NCBI GenBank assembly: GCA_043797125.1
Contig: JAZDPX010000038.1
Coordinates: forward strand, 68,071 to 132,070
DNA length: 64,000 nt
Direction: 5' to 3'
DNA from: Candidatus Omnitrophota bacterium
GTDB lineage: Bacteria; Omnitrophota; Gorgyraeia; JABMRG01; JAFGKX01
Shown here: in pieces, positions 49,374 to 58,381 of the stretch
Numbering within the stretch: the stretch's first letter is position 1
How the letters are laid out: each line of letters starts with the position of its first letter
Notes under the pieces: generated by a model
Told to the model about the DNA's origin: nothing
Databases searched by the model: none
The model's input: the letters and a program-made list of their open reading frames with translations, nothing else
Program-made: the position numbers and the translations under genes

Positions 49374-50802
49374 CTTGCAGCTCCTCTCTTAAGAGTTTAT
49401 TTATAATGCCGGGGTTGGCCTTGCCTTTTGTGGCTTTCATTATCTGGCCTACCAAAAAAGTAATAGCAACTGCTTTTCCGTTTTTATAATCCTCGACAGC
49501 TTTTGGATTTTGTTTTAAAACCTGCCTTAATGTTTCCTTCAATTGCGCCTGGTCTGATATCTGAAGCAGGCCCTTTTCATTTACTATCTGGGAAGCGGAC
49601 TTTTGAGTTTGGATCATTTCTTTAAGTATGTCCTTGGCGATCTTGCCGCTTATTTTACCCTCACCTATCATTTGAAGCATTTCTGTTAATTGCCTTGGCG
49701 ATAACTTAAGCAGTGAAAACTGCATATTCTCGGCGTTGAGGTACTTTAATATATCGGACGTAATCCAGTTGACAATGGCTTTTGCATCAGGGTAAATTTC
49801 AACGCATTGCAGAAAAAAATCAGACATTGCCTTATCAGATACTAAAACCCCGGCGTCATAATCTGATATGGAATACTCCTGCATCAGCATTTTTTTTCTT
49901 TTTGAGGGCAGCTGGGGCATCTGCGACTTTATTTGTTCGATCAAATCAGAACCAACCTTAAACGGCACAAGGTCAGGTTCGGGAAAATACCTGTAGTCGT
50001 GCGCCTCTTCCTTTGAGCGCATAGGCCTGGTTATCTTTGCCTCGGGATCCCAAAGGCGAGTCTGCTGCGTTAATTTCTCCCCGGCTTCCAACGCCTCTTG
50101 CTGCCTCTTTTCTTCATATTCAAGCGCTGCCTTAACACCTTTAAATGAATTCATATTTTTCAATTCGATCTTAACGCCAAGTTCTTTGACCCCAAGCTGC
50201 CTTATCGAAATATTCGCGTCGCAGCGCAGGCTGCCCTTTTCCATATCGCAATCTGAGACCTCAAGGTACCTGAGCAGATTTTTAAGCGCAGCCAAATAAA
50301 TATACGCCTCCTCAGGCGAATTAATATCAGGCTCCGTAACAATCTCAAGGAGCGGAGTTCCCGAGCGGTTAAAATCCACGCAACTTGCGCCGTCTTGCTG
50401 GTGCAATAACTTGCCGGCATCCTCCTCCATATGAACCCTTTTAATTCTGACTGCCTTTATAGAGCCGTCTTCCTTGATAATTTCAAGAGAGCCGTTATTT
50501 GAAAGCGGCATATCGTATTGCGAGATCTGGTAATTTTTCGGCAAGTCTGGATAAAAATAATTTTTCCTGTCGAATTTCATTTTAGCGAATATTTTACAAT
50601 CCAGCGCCAGGGCAACCTTTATGGCGTATTCCAGATACTGCCTGTTTAAAACAGGCAGCGAGCCGGGAAACCCCAGGCACACGGGACATGTTGCCGAGTT
50701 CGGCTCTTGGCCGAATTCATTCCTGCAGCCGCAGAAAGCCTTTGTGCGCGTAAAAAGCTGCAAGTGCACTTCAAGGCCTATTACTGTCTCGTAATTGCTC
50801 AT
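49363..50802 (-). CDS. gatB: Asp/Glu-tRNA amidotransferase subunit B
   Basis: IGLEVH, RKNYFYPDLPK, EEDAGK, YRYFPEPDL. Confidence 0.99.
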   Translation of the reverse strand: MSNYETVIGLEVHLQLFTRTKAFCGCRNEFGQEPNSATCPVCLGFPGSLPVLNRQYLEYAIKVALALDCKIFAKMKFDRKNYFYPDLPKNYQISQYDMPLSNNGSLEIIKEDGSIKAVRIKRVHMEEDAGKLLHQQDGASCVDFNRSGTPLLEIVTEPDINSPEEAYIYLAALKNLLRYLEVSDCDMEKGSLRCDANISIRQLGVKELGVKIELKNMNSFKGVKAALEYEEKRQQEALEAGEKLTQQTRLWDPEAKITRPMRSKEEAHDYRYFPEPDLVPFKVGSDLIEQIKSQMPQLPSKRKKMLMQEYSISDYDAGVLVSDKAMSDFFLQCVEIYPDAKAIVNWITSDILKYLNAENMQFSLLKLSPRQLTEMLQMIGEGKISGKIAKDILKEMIQTQKSASQIVNEKGLLQISDQAQLKETLRQVLKQNPKAVEDYKNGKAVAITFLVGQIMKATKGKANPGIINKLLREELQDEK

Positions 50803-52250
50803 AACTTCGGCTTAATCCTTTGCCAGTTTGCGTTTTGCTCATAAGTATACGCGGCCCTGAAAAGTTCGGGCTCATCAAAAGGTTTTGCAGCCAGCTGCAG
50901 GCCGATGGGCAATGAATCTTTAGTATAGCCGCATGGAACAGATATTGCTGGTATGCCTGCCAGGTTGGCCGGTATAGTGAATATATCGGAAAGATACATC
51001 TGCAGCGGGTCTTTTAGCCTCTCATTTAATCTGAATGCCGGCGTCGGAGAAGTAGGCGTCAGAATAATATCGCATTTTTTAAATGCCTCGTCAAAATCTC
51101 TTTTTATTAACGACCTTACCTTCTGCGCCTTAAGATAATACGCGTCATAATAACCGCTGCTTAACGAATATGTGCCGAGTATTATTCTCCTTTTAGCCTC
51201 GTCGCCGAAACCTTTGGCCCTTGTCTTGAAATACATGTCCATCAAAGAAGATGCGTTATCGCGCAGGCCATATTGCACGCCGTCATACCTGGCGAGGTTG
51301 GAGCTTGCTTCAGAACATGCAATTATATAATATGTTGCCACGGCGTAATCAGTATGCGGCAAACTAATATCCATAATTTCAGCTCCTAAATCCCTGAAAA
51401 CTTTTACCGCCTGATTAACAGCATCTTTGACTTCGCGGTCTAAGCCTTCTATAAAGTATTCTTTAGGCAGCCCTATCTTCATTGCTCTTACATCATTTAC
51501 AAGGCTCTTTGTATAATCCGGCACAGGCACATCTGCGCAGGTCGTATCCATAGGATCATATCCTGCTATTGCGTTCATAAGCAGGCACGAGTCCCTTACA
51601 TCCTTTGTAATCGGGCCGATCTGGTCCAGGCTCGATGCAAAAGCTATAAGCCCGTACCTTGACACCCTGCCGTAAGTAGGCTTTAATCCTACAACCCCGC
51701 AAAGGCCGGCAGGCTGCCTGATGGAGCCGCCTGTATCAGAACCTAAAGCGAACACTGCTTCATCAGCTGCGACTAATGCCGCTGACCCGCCGCTTGAGCC
51801 TCCGGGAATTCTATCCAGGTCATATGGATTTTTTGTAGCCCCGTAACAGGATGTCTCGCATGAAGAGCCGAAAGCAAATTCATCCATATTTGCCTTGCCT
51901 AAAAATAACACACTTTGCGATTTAAGTTTAGAAATAACAGTTGAATCATAAGGCGGCTTAAAACCTTCAAGTATTTTTGACGCGCAGGTTGTCAGCTCAT
52001 TCTTAACGCAGATGTTGTCCTTTATAGCTATCGGGATTCCGTATAGGGGCCCATTGCCTTTCTGCTTATTTAACGCTTCTGCCTTTTTTATAACATCGCT
52101 TTTATCAAAATGCGCAAAGCCATGCACCTTTGGCTCTACTGCTTCTATTCTGCTAATAAAGCTCAAAGCGATATCTTCAACAGAAATAGAATTGTCCCTG
52201 ATTTTCTCCTGCAACTGTTGAGCGGTTAAGCCATATAATTGCTTTTCCAT
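50799..52250 (-). CDS. gatA: Asp/Glu-tRNA amidotransferase subunit A
   Basis: IKDN, GGSSGGSA, GSDTGGSIRQP. Confidence 0.99.
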   Translation of the reverse strand: MEKQLYGLTAQQLQEKIRDNSISVEDIALSFISRIEAVEPKVHGFAHFDKSDVIKKAEALNKQKGNGPLYGIPIAIKDNICVKNELTTCASKILEGFKPPYDSTVISKLKSQSVLFLGKANMDEFAFGSSCETSCYGATKNPYDLDRIPGGSSGGSAALVAADEAVFALGSDTGGSIRQPAGLCGVVGLKPTYGRVSRYGLIAFASSLDQIGPITKDVRDSCLLMNAIAGYDPMDTTCADVPVPDYTKSLVNDVRAMKIGLPKEYFIEGLDREVKDAVNQAVKVFRDLGAEIMDISLPHTDYAVATYYIIACSEASSNLARYDGVQYGLRDNASSLMDMYFKTRAKGFGDEAKRRIILGTYSLSSGYYDAYYLKAQKVRSLIKRDFDEAFKKCDIILTPTSPTPAFRLNERLKDPLQMYLSDIFTIPANLAGIPAISVPCGYTKDSLPIGLQLAAKPFDEPELFRAAYTYEQNANWQRIKPKL

Positions 52251-52259
52251 TATTTTCTA

Positions 52260-52291
52260 CTTTAACCTTTATCCTTTAACCTTTATCCTTT
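52260..52291. repeat. Heptamer array CTTTAAC/CTTTATC
   Basis: Fills the gatC-gatA spacer. Confidence 0.7.
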
Positions 52292-52578
52292 CACTCAATT
52301 ACTTTCGGTACTTCAAAAAATCCATTTTTCACAGACGGCGCGTTCTTAAGCGCGTCTTCTACGCTTAGAGATTTCTTTACATTATCGTCTCTTAAGACAT
52401 TAAACATGTCCAGCGCGTGGCTTAAGGGCTCAACCTTGCTTGTGTCAAGCTCGTTTAGTTTTTCTATGTACTCAAGAATGCTGTTTAAATGCCTGGATAA
52501 AACGCTGGCCTGCGCGTGTGTAAGGTCAATTCGCGCCAGCTTGGCTGTGTATTTGATTTGATCAGTTTTTATTCTCAT
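52291..52578 (-). CDS. gatC: Asp/Glu-tRNA amidotransferase subunit C
   Basis: AKLARI, LNELDT, LRDD, NAP...FEVPKVIE. Confidence 0.97.
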   Translation of the reverse strand: MRIKTDQIKYTAKLARIDLTHAQASVLSRHLNSILEYIEKLNELDTSKVEPLSHALDMFNVLRDDNVKKSLSVEDALKNAPSVKNGFFEVPKVIE

Positions 52579-53389
52579 TTTCCGGTAAATTTTGCGCTAT
52601 GCAAGCGAATTCCTGCAGGTTCAAGGTCTCCGCGCGCCTGGTTGGCGCGATACTCAAGCCTTCAAGCACCTGTATTATCTGCTGCTTATTCAAACTTGTT
52701 AAACCCGCGCTGGACAAGGCATTGGCAAGGGTCTTGCGCCTTTTGCTAAATCCGGCATTTATGACTTTTAAAAAAAATTGCTCGTCATTAACCTTAACGG
52801 CCGGGGTTTGTAAAAAATCCAATTTGACAAAAGCTGATTCTACGGAAGGCGCAGGATAAAATACCCCTTTTGGTATATAAAAAACAATCTGCGGTTTTGT
52901 GTAAACTTGAACGAAACAGCTTAAGGAGCCGTAGGTCTTTCCACCGGGCGAAGCTGTCAGCCTTTGCGCCACTTCTTTTTGAACAGTGATAAACGCGCTT
53001 TGTAAATATTGCCTGTTATCTATCAAATAAGCTATAATCGGCGTTGTAATATAATACGGCAGGTTTCCAATAACCTTAAGCTTGATTTTGCAGATCTCAC
53101 TCTGCGCTTTTATATCGAATTTCAGGATATCGGAATGCACAATCTCCACATTTTCGCAACCGGAATATTTTTCCCGCAAAAACGAAAATAATCTTTTATC
53201 AAACTCGACTGCTGTTAATCTTTTGCAGGCTAAGGCAAGCCCGGATGTAAGCGCGCCCATGCCAGGGCCTATTTCCAGAAGAGAGTCTTTTTTTGTAAAA
53301 GCGCAGGCGTTTAAAATCTTTTCTATGTATCTTTTATCCGTTAAAAAATTCTGCCCTAGGCGCTTATTTGCGCTTAATCTTTTGTGCAT
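52562..53389 (-). CDS. rsmA: 16S rRNA adenine dimethyltransferase (KsgA)
   Basis: LGQNFL, EIGPGMG, GNLPYYIT, QKEVAQRL, RRKTL, RAETL. Confidence 0.97.
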   Translation of the reverse strand: MHKRLSANKRLGQNFLTDKRYIEKILNACAFTKKDSLLEIGPGMGALTSGLALACKRLTAVEFDKRLFSFLREKYSGCENVEIVHSDILKFDIKAQSEICKIKLKVIGNLPYYITTPIIAYLIDNRQYLQSAFITVQKEVAQRLTASPGGKTYGSLSCFVQVYTKPQIVFYIPKGVFYPAPSVESAFVKLDFLQTPAVKVNDEQFFLKVINAGFSKRRKTLANALSSAGLTSLNKQQIIQVLEGLSIAPTRRAETLNLQEFACIAQNLPENENKN

Positions 53390-54401
53390 TATTTACCATA
53401 GAGATCGCAAAGTTTACCGCGCAGGCAAAGCTTTGGGGATTGGCCATGTTTTTGCCTGCTATGTCAAACGCGGTTCCGTGGGCAGGGGATGTACGCACAA
53501 AGCCAAGCCCTAATGTTATATTCACTGCCTCATCCCGCGCAACCATCTTAAGAGGTATCAATCCCTGGTCATGATACATTGATAATATCACGTCAAAATC
53601 ACCGTTATATGCCTGGTAAAATAAGCTGTCTGCAGGATACGGGCCAGAGACATTTATGCCGCAAGCAGCGCAATGTTTTACTGCAGGAATTATTATATCC
53701 TTTTCCTCTGTGCCCATTGTGCCGAATTCGCCTGCGTGAGGATTAAGCGCGCATATGCCTATCTTGGCAAACTCTACATTAAAATAATCCTTCATCCATG
53801 CATCAATCAGGGAAATAATAGACACGAGTTTCTTTTTTGTCAATGCGCTAGAAACTAAAGAAATCGGTATATGCGTAGTGGCAAGCACCACTGTCAATGG
53901 CCCGCCGGTGAGCATCATGGCTGTTGTTTTTGCGCCTGACAAGAAGCTTAAAAATTCCGTATGGCCCTGGTACTTAAAACCGCCCATTTTCGCGGAATAT
54001 TTGTTAATCGGGGCTGTTACAATGGCGTCAGCTGCCTTTTTTTGTATTAAGGAATGCGCTTCTCTAATGTAATCGATAGCCGCCTTGCCGCATTCAGCGG
54101 TAGCCTTCGCGTATTCGAATTTCTTTGGATTTATGTTTTTAAGATCCAAGAGCAAAATGCCGCAATCTTTAAAATCTGGCGTGCCTGCGCTGTTTATTAT
54201 ATCGAATTCGAAACCTGCGCCGGCCAGCGCAATTGCCTTTTTAAAAACAAAAGCGTCGCCCACTACAATAAAATCTGCTGCTTCTTCTACTTTCGGGTCA
54301 GATAAAAACTTTGCAATTATTTCAGGGCCTACGCCTGCAGGATCCCCCATGGTAATGCATATCGCGGGCTTATCTCTGCGTAAGGCTTTATTTGATTTCA
54401 A
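53364..54401 (-). CDS. pdxA: 4-hydroxythreonine-4-phosphate dehydrogenase
   Basis: MGDPAGVGPE, GHTE, LNPHAGE, MYHDQG, RTSPAHGTAFDIAG. Confidence 0.96.
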   Translation of the reverse strand: MKSNKALRRDKPAICITMGDPAGVGPEIIAKFLSDPKVEEAADFIVVGDAFVFKKAIALAGAGFEFDIINSAGTPDFKDCGILLLDLKNINPKKFEYAKATAECGKAAIDYIREAHSLIQKKAADAIVTAPINKYSAKMGGFKYQGHTEFLSFLSGAKTTAMMLTGGPLTVVLATTHIPISLVSSALTKKKLVSIISLIDAWMKDYFNVEFAKIGICALNPHAGEFGTMGTEEKDIIIPAVKHCAACGINVSGPYPADSLFYQAYNGDFDVILSMYHDQGLIPLKMVARDEAVNITLGLGFVRTSPAHGTAFDIAGKNMANPQSFACAVNFAISMVNNAQKIKRK

Positions 54402-55344
54402 GATAGGCGTCCTTCTTCAGCTTATCAACAAACTCCCTGAGCATAAGCTCAGCTTCCCTTTCATAAAGCCTTTCTCTTATTCTGGCGGTAGCGTCTTTTA
54501 GCGAAAATTCGAGTTCCTGCATTTTTTCAGCCACTTTCACGATATTGCATCCAGCGGAGGTCTCGATAACGTCGGATACTTCATTGTTTTTTAATGAAAA
54601 TATCGCATCGTCTATTTCCTTCATCATTGTGCCTTTAGAAACAAAACCCATATCGCCGCCATCATCGGCCTTGGGGCCTTCAGAGTATTTGGTTGCCAGA
54701 CCAGAGAAGTCTTCGCCGGAATTTATCCTGTCAAGCAGTTCTCTGGCAAACACTCTTACTGTGTCTTTTTCCTGATCCGGTTTAAATTTTAAAACGATAA
54801 TGCTGAATTTGACGCTTGCCGGCTGCACGAACTCATTTTTGTGCCCGTAATAATATGCGGCTATCTGCGTAGGAGATACGTTTATATTATGAGAAACAAT
54901 CCCGTTAACCAGCTCCCTGATCATAAGCTGGTTTTTATACTTTGCCCTTAGTTTATCTATCGTAAGCCCTGATGCGGAAATAGCTTTATCAAACTCTTCT
55001 TCTGATTCGAACTTCGTTTTTACGCTTTTAACGGCATCTTCTATGTCGGCCTCGTCTACCTGGATATTGCGCTTATTTGCCTCCTGCATAATCAGCTTTT
55101 CCTCTATCAGTCTGTTTAACGCGTCGTTTTTTGCAGTATCAAGCTTGTCTTGCGTCATTTCAGAGCCGTATCTTAAATTGTAATCGGCTATAAAAGCTGC
55201 TGTAAACTCGTCGAGTTCGCTTTGCGTTATTATTTCGTCATTCACAATCGCGACTATCTTATCAACGGTCTGGGCGCAATAAACCGGCGGTAAAAAAACT
55301 GCGCAAAATAAAATAAATACTAAACCTGAAAAAAATCTAATCAT
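54388..55344 (-). CDS. surA: SurA-like periplasmic chaperone/PPIase
   Basis: Signal peptide, DKIVAIVNDEIITQSEL, one parvulin domain (GGDMGF); upstream of pdxA-rsmA. Confidence 0.85.
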   Translation of the reverse strand: MIRFFSGLVFILFCAVFLPPVYCAQTVDKIVAIVNDEIITQSELDEFTAAFIADYNLRYGSEMTQDKLDTAKNDALNRLIEEKLIMQEANKRNIQVDEADIEDAVKSVKTKFESEEEFDKAISASGLTIDKLRAKYKNQLMIRELVNGIVSHNINVSPTQIAAYYYGHKNEFVQPASVKFSIIVLKFKPDQEKDTVRVFARELLDRINSGEDFSGLATKYSEGPKADDGGDMGFVSKGTMMKEIDDAIFSLKNNEVSDVIETSAGCNIVKVAEKMQELEFSLKDATARIRERLYEREAELMLREFVDKLKKDAYLEIK

Positions 55345-56218
55345 TTTCCGCAACCTCTTCTTCGGATACCGGCTCTGCCAGCGATGGCTCCGTCGGCGCC
55401 TCCTTAAAAGCCTCTTCATTAATAACTATTTTGGCTTTAGATTTTAGCGCTTCGACAAGGGCCTTAAACTGCTCCTGTTTTGTTTGGTCGAGTAGTTTTG
55501 ATTCTATAGTCTCTTTTACTTCGCCAAGCTGCTTGTATTCGGCGGCGCGCTTATCCGTGACTTTTATTATATGGTATCCAAACCTGGTCTTAACAATGCC
55601 GCTTGTCTGGCCAGGCTTAATGGCAAAACACACATTTTCAAATTCCGGTATCATCTGGCCCCTTTGGAAATATCCCAAATCCCCGCCCCTGTCCTTTGTC
55701 AGGTCCTTCGAATATTTGCGCGCCAAATCGCTAAAATCAGCTCCCGCGTCAAGCTCGGCTAATACATTCTTTGCTTCGTCTTCAGAGCTTAGAAGTATAT
55801 GTGACGCCTTAACCTTTTCCGGAATCAGGAATTGTTCCTTATTTTGCCTGTAATACAGCTCTATATCTTCGTCAGAAATCGGGTCTTCTACTGATGTCTC
55901 TATTTCAAGAAGCTTGGCAATAAGAATCTTCTTTGCGGCCTTATCAATGAGTTTCTTCACGTCATCGTCTTTGTGTAATTTCCTTTTTCTTGCTTCCTCG
56001 TAAAGAAGTTTTTCGACAATCACGTCGTCTAATATTTCTTTCTTATGCTGGGTCGCGGCAGACTGGTAATATTCGGGAAGCTCATCAATTTTGTCATTAA
56101 GCATGACTTCTGTAATGGTCTCGTTATTTACCTTGGCAACGATTTTTTTGTCCATGGGCGCCTTGGCGCATCCGGATATAATTAAAGATATACTTATTAA
56201 TAGTATAATATATTTCAT
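55337..56218 (-). CDS. PrsA-like lipoprotein parvulin PPIase
   Basis: Lipobox ISGC, KASHIL, GGDLGYF, FGYHII. Confidence 0.88.
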   Translation of the reverse strand: MKYIILLISISLIISGCAKAPMDKKIVAKVNNETITEVMLNDKIDELPEYYQSAATQHKKEILDDVIVEKLLYEEARKRKLHKDDDVKKLIDKAAKKILIAKLLEIETSVEDPISDEDIELYYRQNKEQFLIPEKVKASHILLSSEDEAKNVLAELDAGADFSDLARKYSKDLTKDRGGDLGYFQRGQMIPEFENVCFAIKPGQTSGIVKTRFGYHIIKVTDKRAAEYKQLGEVKETIESKLLDQTKQEQFKALVEALKSKAKIVINEEAFKEAPTEPSLAEPVSEEEVAEND

Positions 56219-56311
56219 ATTAGCTCCTTTACGGTAGGTAAACTTCTTCATATTGTATCACAGTCGTTTTTTATCCACAAGGTAATTTTTGATGACGTCT
56301 AAAAGGTTTTT

Positions 56312-56406
56312 CACAGATTAACACAGATTAGAAGATGCAAGATGATCACAGATATCAACACGAATCTGTGATCATCTGTTTCTTTTCATCTGCGATCATC
56401 TGTGTA
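56312..56406. repeat. About 100-bp palindromic CACAGAT-unit element, copy 2 (supplies the mfd stop)
   Basis: Reverse complement aligns to 46367..46465. Confidence 0.8.
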
Positions 56407-58320
56407 AAAAATAGTTTTTCGGAAACCTTTTTTAGTAGCCTCCTTTTCCTTAAATTCCTCAATTGCAGCCCTTAAAAGGCGGCAGTATAAATCAAACCCT
56501 ACTGCCATCACATAACCATGCTGCTGCGCCCCGAGCAGATTGCCGGCGCCGCGTATCTGTAAATCCTCCATTGCTATTTTAAAACCTGAACCTAAATCAA
56601 TAAACTTGCTTATCGCGCTGAGCCTGCGGCGCGCGTCAGAACTCAATATAAAGGCCTTCGGCGTTAAAAAATAGGCATATGCCTGCCTTTTAAACCTGCC
56701 GACCCTGCCTCTAAGCTGGTACAGGTCTGCCAAACCAAATTTGTCAGAGTGGTTCACTATTAATGTATTTGCATTTGGTATGTCTATGCCGGATTCGATT
56801 ATCGTGGTAGATACCAGCACGTCAATCTGGTGGTTTATGAATTTAACCATGACCGATTCCAAAGCCTTTGGCGGCATCCTTCCGTGCGCAACCGCAATTC
56901 TAGCTTCTTGGCCCGCAATATCCTGTATGTTCTGGGCTATTTTTTCTATACCCTTTATCCTGTTGTTAACAAAATACACCTGCCCTTTTCTTGCCAACTC
57001 CCTTGAGATAGCTTCCTTAATCAGTTCATGGGAATATTCAGCCTCAATTGTCTTTATCGGCAGCCTGTTCATAGGAGGAGTATTTATAGTCGACATATCC
57101 CTTGCTCCCATAAGCGACATATATAACGTTCTGGGTATGGGAGTTGCGGTCATCGTAAGAACATCTACAATAAGCCTGAGTTTTTTAAGCTTTTCCTTAT
57201 GTCTTACCCCAAAGCGCTGTTCTTCATCAATAATAACAAGCCCCAGGTCTTTAAAGCGTACATCATCCGAGACTAAACGATGCGTGCCTATGATTATATC
57301 TACCTTGCCCTCGCCTAAATCTTTAAGTATGGCTGCCTGCTGTTTTTTTGTTTTAAACCTTGAAAGCATTTGCACATTTACGGGAAATTCCTTCATCCTT
57401 TTTACAAAAGTGTTATAGTGCTGCTCAGCCAGAATCGTGGTCGGCACCAATATGGCAACCTGTTTATTATCCATGACAGCCTTAAACGCGGCCCTTAAGG
57501 CAACTTCTGTTTTTCCGTAGCCAACATCGCCGCATAAAAGCCTGTCCATTGGCTTGGGCATCTCCATATCCTGCTTAACCTCACAGGATGCCTTTGTCTG
57601 GTCTATTGTATCTTCATATTCAAACTCGCTTTCCAGCTGCTTTTGCCAATCGCTGTCTTTTGAAAAAGGAAAACCCTTTAGTTTCATCCTGGCTGCCTGA
57701 AGATCCAACAATTCAATTGCGTAGGAAGCGACAGCGCGCTTGGTCCTGTCTTTTATTCTCTGCCATTGCCTGGTGCCGAGTTTGCTAAGCCTGGGCGGCC
57801 TTTTGTAAAAACTTATGTATTTTTGCAGAAGGTGTATTTCCTCGGCAGGAACATACAGCCTGTCATCGCCGGCATATTCAATAACCACATAATCTTTTTT
57901 TTGTTTTTTTTCAGCAATAATCCCCCTGTAAATGCCTATTCCGTAATTTACATGAACAATATAATCGCCCTTTTTTAAATCAAGAAAACTTTCAATGGGC
58001 GTTTCTTCGCCTATACCGTGATATAAGCCCTTATGCCTCTTGCCGGAAGAGGGGATTATTATAACTATGTTGTGTTCGGTTGTTGAATCAGCTGTCCTTA
58101 TATTAAATGACCTTATGGCCTTTATGGTATCGTTGTCTATTTCTATGCGCAGCGGCTCCTCAAAACTGCTTGGGAATATATCTATAACTGCGCCTCTGTG
58201 CGAAAAATCGCCTTCTTCACAGACAAAATCAACATTCTCATAGCCAAAGCTGACAAACTGCTTAAGCAGCTCATCTTTTGACAATTCTTGTCCGATATAT
58301 ATTTTTATGGATTTAAACAT
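56386..58320 (-). CDS. mfd: Transcription-repair coupling factor, compact form (644 aa)
   Basis: UvrB-like D2 (GDFSHRGAVIDIFP), RID (GDYIVHVNYGIG), GDVGYGKT, DEEQRFG, QLRGRVGR, DLQIRGAGNLLG. Confidence 0.93.
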   Translation of the reverse strand: MFKSIKIYIGQELSKDELLKQFVSFGYENVDFVCEEGDFSHRGAVIDIFPSSFEEPLRIEIDNDTIKAIRSFNIRTADSTTEHNIVIIIPSSGKRHKGLYHGIGEETPIESFLDLKKGDYIVHVNYGIGIYRGIIAEKKQKKDYVVIEYAGDDRLYVPAEEIHLLQKYISFYKRPPRLSKLGTRQWQRIKDRTKRAVASYAIELLDLQAARMKLKGFPFSKDSDWQKQLESEFEYEDTIDQTKASCEVKQDMEMPKPMDRLLCGDVGYGKTEVALRAAFKAVMDNKQVAILVPTTILAEQHYNTFVKRMKEFPVNVQMLSRFKTKKQQAAILKDLGEGKVDIIIGTHRLVSDDVRFKDLGLVIIDEEQRFGVRHKEKLKKLRLIVDVLTMTATPIPRTLYMSLMGARDMSTINTPPMNRLPIKTIEAEYSHELIKEAISRELARKGQVYFVNNRIKGIEKIAQNIQDIAGQEARIAVAHGRMPPKALESVMVKFINHQIDVLVSTTIIESGIDIPNANTLIVNHSDKFGLADLYQLRGRVGRFKRQAYAYFLTPKAFILSSDARRRLSAISKFIDLGSGFKIAMEDLQIRGAGNLLGAQQHGYVMAVGFDLYCRLLRAAIEEFKEKEATKKGFRKTIFYTDDRR

Positions 58321-58348
58321 CTGGTAGGAGTATGGTTTTTCGACTCAA

Positions 58349-58378
58349 CTATCGACTATAGACCATCGACTATCGGCC
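58349..58378. repeat. Heptamer array CTATCGA family
   Basis: ctatcga ctataga ccatcga ctatcgg; matches 2476..2508. Confidence 0.7.
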
Positions 58379-58381
58379 AAT

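Noticed and set aside
56271-56279. Perfect DnaA box TTATCCACA upstream of the PrsA-like gene
   Set aside because: A single box with no cluster, unwinding element or dnaA nearby; not evidence of oriC and could be chance
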